Assembly: GCA_945877765.1 (NCBI GenBank)
Contig: CAMDWQ010000001.1
Span: forward strand, 86,253-150,252
DNA from: Candidatus Omnitrophota bacterium
GTDB lineage: Bacteria > Omnitrophota > Gorgyraeia > 2-02-FULL-51-18
DNA: 64,000 nt
Reading direction: 5' to 3'
Shown: positions 56,611 to 64,000 of the stretch, piece after piece
Position numbering within the stretch: the first letter of the stretch is position 1
Layout: the number at the start of each line of letters is the position of its first letter
The notes under the pieces: model-generated
What the model saw: the letters and a program-made list of their open reading frames with translations, nothing else
Databases searched by the model: none
Told to the model about the DNA's origin: nothing
Translations under genes and position numbers: made by a program

Positions 56611-59600
56611 ATGAAGTTATTCAATAAGTCGTATTCGGTTCGTGTGATGAAGGCATTTAGCTTCATTCTTCTTGTTTCTTTCGCGGGTTCTGAGATTGCC
56701 CAAGCGGCTTCTCTTTCCGGCGTTTCTAGTTTGCCGGCAGCTTCTAAAATTTCTTCACCTCTTCTCGATGTTTCGTCTTTCCAGGTTCCTGGCGCCTACA
56801 GCCAATATAAGGAAAGCCACCAAGCTCCCTTACAGAACGGTTCCCCTGCGCCGCTGATTATTTTGATCCAGGATGCGCATGCCAATTTGTCCAGCCAGGA
56901 AAATCTTGCCAAGACTCTCGATGACTTGATGGAACGCTACCAGTTTAGCGATGTTCTGGTGGAAGGCGGAAGCGGGGATGTGTCGCTTAGTCCCTTGCGC
57001 GAACTGATGGATGCCGCGTCGATGAAGCGTGTGGCAGGACGCTATCTGCGCGATGCTGAGATTTCCGGGGCAGAATATCTCAACCTGACTTCTTCTCGGC
57101 CGATGAATCTGAAGGGCATTGAAGACTTGGATCTCTACGTACAAGGACTTAAAGCCTACGCCCAGTTGGCGGATCAGCGAGAAAAAATTCTAAGCTATCT
57201 AGATAAAAGCCGCATAGCCGTGGAAAATCTTAAGAAAAGACATTACCCCTACGCTTTGTTGTCCTATGAAAAATCAGCCAACAGAGCGGTTTCGCCTGAA
57301 AAATTGGTGGAAGTGGCCCAAAAACAGGGCATCTCATTTTCTGAATTTGCCGAACTAACAAAACTTTCTTTTCTGTTGATCGAAGAGAAGCAAATTGATT
57401 TTAGCCTCGCTCAGCTTGAGCTGGGGTCGATCGTCGAGAAGATCGGCGCTAAAGATGCTGGCAGTCTTGTGCGGGAGCTCTCCCTCGAGCCCAAGCAAAA
57501 GGGCGCGGGGCAGTATGCCTATTTTAGAAAGATTATCGAAGCAGCTAAAGCTCACAACGTCGACCTCTCCTCGATGAGCCAATTTCAAAACTACACCGCG
57601 TATCTAGAAAAGTTTTCAAAACTAGACATGGCGGTACTTCTTGAAGAGGCCGAGAAATTTGAGCAAATCGTTTATAGCCGCCTGCTCGATCATGAGACCG
57701 CCCATACGCTGCGTGCCGTGGACCGCTACCTCGAGCTTCTAGAGACGGCCTACCGCATCCAGATGACCTCGTCTGAATTCGCTTTGTTTCTTGAAAATAC
57801 ACCCGATTTTCCGACGATCTCCTGGCAAGCTTTTTTAAATCGCAATCTTTTGGAAGAAGGCTTCAACGAAAGCCTCGTGCCCCTTGAAAAATATCTCGAA
57901 GAGGGCCGTGTGGCGCTGGAAGCGTTTTATCGCGCGGTAGACGCAAGAGATCTTGCGTTTATCAAAAATATAGAAAATTGGAAAAAGGAAAATCAGGCTA
58001 ATACACAATCCAAGATTTGTGCTTTAATTGCCGGAGGTTATCACACCAGCCACCTGGCCAAACTTTTGAAGGAAAAAGGTTATTCATATGTAGTGATCAC
58101 CCCCATTGTCACTTCCGCGACCAACCAGGCCAAGTATGAAAAAGTACTCCTAGCGCCTTTAAAATCCGAAACCAAGATCGTCCAGACCGTCAACGGCAAA
58201 GCGCATATTGCCGGGGTCGATGGACAGGCGACCTATGCCGCTTTCGCGGGACAGGTTCCGGTTGCTATTGTCAGAGAATCCGGAAGGACGCGGCTTTCTC
58301 CACGCGTGGAAGGTTTTGTTGGTCAGACGACGCGGGCGAGACGCAATTTCCAAGGCGCTCTTTTGAAAAATACAGGCGTATCGTCTGCGACAACTTTAGC
58401 TCCGGCGAGGTTGGCGGAAGTCCGTTTCGGTTTCGAAAACGCAGAAAAACAGACAACTCATTCTTTTGCTTCTTTCAATATTGGAAAATTGCTGAATCGG
58501 CAGCTTTCGATTCTTCCTGATGCGGCAGTCGATGCTGTGCGCGAATATCTGCAGAGAGCCTATGATAAAAAATGGATCAAAGGGTTTAAAGTTGTGGATT
58601 TGACGGCCTCCCAGATTAACATTCATATTTCTCACAATCATGGAGAGAACAACGCGGATGTGCACCGGATCATGCTTGAAGCTATTCGTGCAGGTCTTGA
58701 AACCAAATCAATGAAGGGTCGATTAAATATTAATCCTTCCGCAATTAGCGCGCTTGAGTTGACGAAGGCGCTCCAGGTTTCTTTTGCGGATCACCGTTTT
58801 CTGGAAAGGCCCGGAGTTTCTGAGAGCGTTGAGGTGGCGATGGGTGTGAATGTGGACATTTCCGCGTTCAACAATACAGCCTATGATCTTTTCGGCAGCC
58901 TTGATTTCAATCCCGCCCCGACGCTCAGCGGAGACAAGATCCGTGGTGTCCGGTTTTACTTCCAAAAACGTGCAGATATTCTTCGCGGGATCACCAAGAT
59001 CAGTGTTTTGGAAGTCTCTAAAAAAGAAGAAGGCGGGTATGATATTAACCAGCTTGATAAAATAAAAATAATGCTCTCGCAAAATGAAAATATTGTCACT
59101 GCAGTGTATCCAGTTCGGGGGGCTGCGTTTAAAGATCCAAGCGAACCATTGATGACGGTGACATTCCAGCCAGTGTTCGGTTCCGACGGCGAACCTGCTC
59201 TCAATCCCATCGCTATTTTTCGTGGACAAAGCGGGGGCCCTCCTGTTGGCGCGATCGGGCATACGGTCGCTAATACGCGCTATGTTTTAGGGGGACCTAA
59301 AGCAGACCGCTATGTTGCGGTTAGACCTTATACGCTTAAACAAGCGCGCAAACCTATCAGAGAAAAGGGTATTGGCGGCTTTGTGATGTATGGTTATGAA
59401 CAAGCGGGCAACGGGTATATGCCACGAAATGGCTATATCTCAGATTATTTTGGTTTAAGCGTGACATTTCTTTATGCCTACATTCAAAAAGCAAGAAGGT
59501 TTGCCAAGGTGATGCTTGCACACGAAGGATTCCAGCCTTTTCTTCACCCGCGTGCAGCAGCCAAGTACGCTGAGCCCGTCAGACATGAGCTCAATGATCG

Positions 59601-62600
59601 ATTTGTCGATGTCGTCAAAGACTTCGAAACGGATCCATTTTATACGGACGTCGACCGTCGGGTGGCGGCCGGAGAATTGGTTAAATTTACATCCGGTAAA
59701 GTCGATTTTGGTGCGACCAATGGGCATACGAAGGCACCCGCCATATACACAGCACTCCAGAGAGCATATTTAGAGGTAATGAAAGAACGCGGATTGATCA
59801 CGGACTACTTTACTCTTGGACAGGATACCGATGACAAAATGAAGCGTGTAAGTCTGGAAGCTAATTATGGGACGGGCGATGATACTCACGTGACTGTCAT
59901 TGGAGGAGAAGCCGAGGACGTCCAGTTGATCATCAAAAGAGCCCTGGGGGCGGGACCTGTTTTTCATATGCTTGCTTTTAAAGATACGGACCAGAAAGAG
60001 AAGCCCGGTGTCGGCACTTACGGTCTTTTGCAGGATCTGCAAGGCTCGGACGCGGAGGCTGTTAAAAAGAATCCTTTCGGCTGGCTGGGACTAGGAGACA
60101 AAGCTGTTGCTGAGAGATTTTTTGAACTGGCCAATCAATTGGCGGATGAGCGTGATATCAAAGCCGGCGTGATCGAGTCCCTTTATAACCAATGGAAAAC
60201 TTGGAACCTGACGCAAGATCAAGAAGAGCAAGAGCTCGTTAGGGGAAGCGGTAATACTTCCGCCCAGGGTATCGGAGTGGCTTACCAATACATGGATGCT
60301 AAGAGGGACAAGGGCTACGCGGAGTTGAATGCCGATAAAATGGGGCCGCAATCCAAGAATGTCCTCTGGGCCCACGTGATCCAGCAGGATGTGCCAGCCA
60401 ACGGCCGAACGGTTGAAATTTGGGATGTAAAGGCTTTTGATGAAAAGGGCAATATTGCAAGTAAAGATCTTCCCAGAAGCTGGTCGGATTTAAGCTATCT
60501 GGTTCTTTCCGCTCTAAAGGCGAAAGAGCAGCGTATTACGCCCGCGGATGCTGAATGGCTTGAAAAAACAGCCTATGCGGGTGGCACGCTGTCAGACGCT
60601 GCGAAATATGACCGTTTGAATACTATTTTAAAGCACATTGGTTATGTGCCCTCCAAACGCATTTTCATGGATGTGGAAACAGAGCTTGAGCAGATCAAAA
60701 CCATCCTCGGAGACTCTGATCGTTTTAATGTGAAGGCGCTTTGGGACAAGAAGCAGTCGGGTTGGGATCCTAGTCGCGCTGAGGATTATCTGGACCGCCC
60801 TGTTGCCATGTCTACCGTATCCCGTTTGGGACTTTTGGCGGGCGGAGAATATGTCGGAAAAGATGATGACAAAATTATGGGTACCCCTGACGTGATGCAA
60901 CATTTTTTTGATTACTTGGAAAAGACTCCATGGATGCTTCAGGGGGATATGAATGGCTCCCATCAGCTTCAGGCATTACTTCTTCCTTTAGACGAAGCGG
61001 TGGCCACGATCAATAGCGCTCCTATTGCCGTAGCACTGATTAATCACTTTGACGAAAATGGCCGGCCGACAGGAGTGACAGACGTCTTCAAAAGCAAAGC
61101 ATTTCAAAAACGAAGCAAGCAAGCCGCTGTTTTTAATCTTGATTTTATTTTGGCGCAACGAGCCACCAACCCTCATCTAGCACATCGGGAACAGGTAGAA
61201 GGGGCTTATGCCATCGAAGCTATCTCTCGGGCATTGGATTCTCCCGATAGCCCGTATTGGCTTGATAAACTACAAGCTCAACATCCGGGAGAGTACCCAC
61301 GGCCGGTATCTGCTGATGCATCGATGCTCTATACCGCGGTGGGCGGAAATCGGGTGGCTTCCTATCTAGAGCTTTCCGCTGCGCGACTTGCTGTCAATAC
61401 TGTCCAATTAACTCAAGATCGCCTCAACACCATCTCACTTGATTTTACCGATAACACATCGGATGCGGTGATTAACAGGGCGATTGAAAATGGAGCTACT
61501 GAAGTGACCACCAACCCATTCTCTATCGCCACTTCTCTTGTGAAGGGAAATGATCCAGCACTGTCCGCACTTATCGCTGCGGCTCCACCAACTTTAAGAG
61601 GGCGGGAGCTTTTGAAGTGGGTGTATTGGAATCGCGGCAAGCAAATTGCCAAAAATCCACAGCTCGTGAAATTTTTTAAGGAAAGCAAGGGAGATCATGG
61701 CTGGGTCACTGTCGAAGTAGATCCGACGTTCTCTTATCTTTGGGAAGTGCAAACCACCGACGGCATAATAGTCACGCCTGTCCTCGATGAAAAGGGTATT
61801 TTTATCCGTAAGGAGCTCCAAGGTGTGCTTGGGGAACAAGTTGAGAGTTTGCAGGCTCTTGAAAGAATGTTGTCTGATGGATCTCTTAGAGTACAAGTTC
61901 ATAATGCGCTTGTAAAAGCAATACTTCTTGAAGTTAAAGAAATTGCAACGTATGCCCCCAACATCGCGGTCACGGTAGGCAATACTCGTGGTTTAAAACA
62001 ATACCTCGGAGAAGACTTGGCTCTGTCGGTCGGGCTTACAGTTCTTGAGGAAGCCACAGCCCTAGGCATTTCGACTAATTTTACGCGGATTTTTGGCCGT
62101 GTGGATGCCCAAGCTAACCAGGCCGCCTGGCGGCAAGGCTATCTTCGTGCACAAAATGTAGGCTTGGTCAGTGCCGATAACCCTGTTCGCGGGCATAACA
62201 GTGTTTTTGTCAGCCCTGTCGAGCCCTACACACTTGCCAACATTAGGGATAAAGGCGATTTGGACTATGCTCAAGGGATGGTAGGTCTCGTGACAGCCGT
62301 GGAAACTTATTTGCGAGGTTACAGTGAAAACCTGACCAATGATAGTACTATTAATAGGGATCAAAATTTAATTATTGCAAGTCTCGAAAACGAAGGTGAT
62401 GGTCCTCCCGATTTTAATATGTCAGCGCTGATTGGCGGCGGTGAACGGGCGGTGTTAACTATCACGCCGGATATTATTGATAGTTTTAATCAAAATGACC
62501 CAAATAGTATAACGCCCACTCTTGGTGAAGCCAGGACGATATACCAGAGCACGAGGTCTTTGGAAGCTGCCATAGTCCCTCTCATTACTCCTTTTTTTAA

Positions 62601-64000
62601 GATGGCTGATAGACTCCAACCTCTTTTCAATACCGGATACATGGTTGATTTAAAAGAGGGACGCATCAATGCTGAAATGGCCGCCGTGCGTGCCTACAGA
62701 GAATACAATAGATTTAGGACCTTGTCTTCCAGTAAAACCATGCTTGATACTCTTTCTGTTGAGGGAGACGTCAAGTTTGCTGGTCTATTCCTTCTGGCTA
62801 TTTCAAAAGTTGACCAGGCTGGTGCAGCCGCCAGACTTGCTTCAAACACCAACCAATTAAGTGACGCTGGCCCCAATGCAGATCTTGCATCAACCATCAC
62901 CGTTAATTTAGCGAATCAAAGCTCCAGCCTAGCTGCCGCAAATGTAACTGCGGCTCCCGCAGCGGCAGGTCTGGTATCCACTGGCATTGATGGTTTAGCT
63001 CCTAATGGCAGGAACCTAGTTAGCAGCACAAGCACAGTTGAGACTTCCGCGTCAATCATCCATTTCGCTTCGGGTGAGGTGCGCATTCCACCAAGTCAAT
63101 TAACGGCTGAGCAGGCAGAGTCTATTCAATTCACCCAACGTGACAGCGCGGCTTTGGCTCAACTAGCGGAAACACCAACTACCTTATCCACGTCGTTCGC
63201 TTTTTCTTTAGAGAGTGTAAATGGATTGGCTGTGACCGCTACACCGACGTCGGCTGTTACGGTTGTTATTACCACCAATCAAGGCAGTGCACGTACCGAA
63301 TTTCGTTCAACTTCTCAAGACCGCAGCGCCGCACAAGGTCAAGCTAGTAGCCTCCGGAATGTGTCTAGCGCTGTTTCAAATGAGAGTCGGTATATCGAAC
63401 AAGCCAGAGATGTTTATCATAGCGAAGTCCAAGCTGCGGGAGGCATCAAAAAAATCGAAGCTCGTATGATTGATATATCGCTATCTCGATACGCCACAGG
63501 ATCTCCAGCGCTTCAAAAAGAGCGAATCTTTAATCTGTTGGAAGCGCTTCTTCAAGTTGCCAACGCTGAAGGTGACAGTCTCTTTATGCACCGCTTTGTA
63601 GACGTGGAGAGTGTGAATGCAAATGTTCTAAACGACAGCGCTATTCAGGTGCTTGTGGATATTTTAGTAAGCAAGAATGTTTTAGCTCCAGACCCATTGT
63701 CTGGCACCATGTCTCCTTACAAGGATGCGGTCACGGGGCTTGCGGTAAAGGAATTTACGATGGCTTCCTCTGTGAACTTAGCCGAGGTGACCACAGGTTA
63801 TTTGCCTTTTGCTCCATATAGCGCAGATGGTGGAGGATATGCCAGAGAGCTAGCTTGGCTGTATCTGATTAGGACAGCGAGTATTCAGGATGCCAACGAC
63901 CCTTCCCAGGCATTTATGGAACTGTATCTATCTTATTTACCTCTGGCACAACGAAATGATACCAATCGGACCGCTCGTATTAAAGCCTTCTTAAGGGGTG
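56611..64000 (+). CDS. Giant protein 3 (>2463 aa, runs off the window): signal peptide, conserved N-domain, tandem FBP aldolase/phosphatase domains, transaldolase-like domain, C-terminal domain
   Basis: ATG after GAGGAG. Manual translation is open to the window end, so it is absent from the ORF track. Motifs IQDAH/VEGG/GIED/GGYH, YVGKDD, TTNP/VEVDP. Confidence 0.88.
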   Translation, partial: MKLFNKSYSVRVMKAFSFILLVSFAGSEIAQAASLSGVSSLPAASKISSPLLDVSSFQVPGAYSQYKESHQAPLQNGSPAPLIILIQDAHANLSSQENLAKTLDDLMERYQFSDVLVEGGSGDVSLSPLRELMDAASMKRVAGRYLRDAEISGAEYLNLTSSRPMNLKGIEDLDLYVQGLKAYAQLADQREKILSYLDKSRIAVENLKKRHYPYALLSYEKSANRAVSPEKLVEVAQKQGISFSEFAELTKLSFLLIEEKQIDFSLAQLELGSIVEKIGAKDAGSLVRELSLEPKQKGAGQYAYFRKIIEAAKAHNVDLSSMSQFQNYTAYLEKFSKLDMAVLLEEAEKFEQIVYSRLLDHETAHTLRAVDRYLELLETAYRIQMTSSEFALFLENTPDFPTISWQAFLNRNLLEEGFNESLVPLEKYLEEGRVALEAFYRAVDARDLAFIKNIENWKKENQANTQSKICALIAGGYHTSHLAKLLKEKGYSYVVITPIVTSATNQAKYEKVLLAPLKSETKIVQTVNGKAHIAGVDGQATYAAFAGQVPVAIVRESGRTRLSPRVEGFVGQTTRARRNFQGALLKNTGVSSATTLAPARLAEVRFGFENAEKQTTHSFASFNIGKLLNRQLSILPDAAVDAVREYLQRAYDKKWIKGFKVVDLTASQINIHISHNHGENNADVHRIMLEAIRAGLETKSMKGRLNINPSAISALELTKALQVSFADHRFLERPGVSESVEVAMGVNVDISAFNNTAYDLFGSLDFNPAPTLSGDKIRGVRFYFQKRADILRGITKISVLEVSKKEEGGYDINQLDKIKIMLSQNENIVTAVYPVRGAAFKDPSEPLMTVTFQPVFGSDGEPALNPIAIFRGQSGGPPVGAIGHTVANTRYVLGGPKADRYVAVRPYTLKQARKPIREKGIGGFVMYGYEQAGNGYMPRNGYISDYFGLSVTFLYAYIQKARRFAKVMLAHEGFQPFLHPRAAAKYAEPVRHELNDRFVDVVKDFETDPFYTDVDRRVAAGELVKFTSGKVDFGATNGHTKAPAIYTALQRAYLEVMKERGLITDYFTLGQDTDDKMKRVSLEANYGTGDDTHVTVIGGEAEDVQLIIKRALGAGPVFHMLAFKDTDQKEKPGVGTYGLLQDLQGSDAEAVKKNPFGWLGLGDKAVAERFFELANQLADERDIKAGVIESLYNQWKTWNLTQDQEEQELVRGSGNTSAQGIGVAYQYMDAKRDKGYAELNADKMGPQSKNVLWAHVIQQDVPANGRTVEIWDVKAFDEKGNIASKDLPRSWSDLSYLVLSALKAKEQRITPADAEWLEKTAYAGGTLSDAAKYDRLNTILKHIGYVPSKRIFMDVETELEQIKTILGDSDRFNVKALWDKKQSGWDPSRAEDYLDRPVAMSTVSRLGLLAGGEYVGKDDDKIMGTPDVMQHFFDYLEKTPWMLQGDMNGSHQLQALLLPLDEAVATINSAPIAVALINHFDENGRPTGVTDVFKSKAFQKRSKQAAVFNLDFILAQRATNPHLAHREQVEGAYAIEAISRALDSPDSPYWLDKLQAQHPGEYPRPVSADASMLYTAVGGNRVASYLELSAARLAVNTVQLTQDRLNTISLDFTDNTSDAVINRAIENGATEVTTNPFSIATSLVKGNDPALSALIAAAPPTLRGRELLKWVYWNRGKQIAKNPQLVKFFKESKGDHGWVTVEVDPTFSYLWEVQTTDGIIVTPVLDEKGIFIRKELQGVLGEQVESLQALERMLSDGSLRVQVHNALVKAILLEVKEIATYAPNIAVTVGNTRGLKQYLGEDLALSVGLTVLEEATALGISTNFTRIFGRVDAQANQAAWRQGYLRAQNVGLVSADNPVRGHNSVFVSPVEPYTLANIRDKGDLDYAQGMVGLVTAVETYLRGYSENLTNDSTINRDQNLIIASLENEGDGPPDFNMSALIGGGERAVLTITPDIIDSFNQNDPNSITPTLGEARTIYQSTRSLEAAIVPLITPFFKMADRLQPLFNTGYMVDLKEGRINAEMAAVRAYREYNRFRTLSSSKTMLDTLSVEGDVKFAGLFLLAISKVDQAGAAARLASNTNQLSDAGPNADLASTITVNLANQSSSLAAANVTAAPAAAGLVSTGIDGLAPNGRNLVSSTSTVETSASIIHFASGEVRIPPSQLTAEQAESIQFTQRDSAALAQLAETPTTLSTSFAFSLESVNGLAVTATPTSAVTVVITTNQGSARTEFRSTSQDRSAAQGQASSLRNVSSAVSNESRYIEQARDVYHSEVQAAGGIKKIEARMIDISLSRYATGSPALQKERIFNLLEALLQVANAEGDSLFMHRFVDVESVNANVLNDSAIQVLVDILVSKNVLAPDPLSGTMSPYKDAVTGLAVKEFTMASSVNLAEVTTGYLPFAPYSADGGGYARELAWLYLIRTASIQDANDPSQAFMELYLSYLPLAQRNDTNRTARIKAFLRG

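Noticed and set aside
56672-63469. Many short ORFs listed by the ORF track in this region
   Set aside because: They are shadows of the single open frame starting at 56611, which has no stop inside the window.

Overview
Bacterial chromosomal window, probably Candidatus Omnitrophota or a similar giant-gene lineage (inferred from gene content, not proven). It holds housekeeping genes (LOG, RluA, deoxyhypusine/homospermidine synthase, aconitase, GalE, PepF, SlyD), a toxin-antitoxin/defence-like cluster with a DUF3800 gene and a convergent structured small RNA, a complete 3-ORF IS21-family element, a small mobile-element remnant with a dCTP deaminase, and a ~16 kb GDP-heptose/branched-sugar cluster with three ThDP systems. 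The dominant feature is a family of giant signal-peptide-bearing proteins: 3189 aa, ~2124 aa, >2463 aa (runs off the window) and an IS-truncated fourth member. The three intact-start members share an N-terminal ~500 aa domain with TraB/Tiki/ChaN-like metallohydrolase motifs, and all four carry different cargo domains (GlmS-like, FBP aldolase/phosphatase x2, transaldolase-like, zincin, SAM methyltransferase). The cargo is delimited by a recurring [G/A/P]ARL linker, and the three visible C-termini end in a shared motif. In one protein the catalytic N-terminal Cys of an Ntn amidotransferase directly follows GARL. This suggests a self-processing polyprotein effector system, which is a hypothesis and untested. 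REP-like palindromes occur between genes, inside a MITE and in frame within one giant gene.
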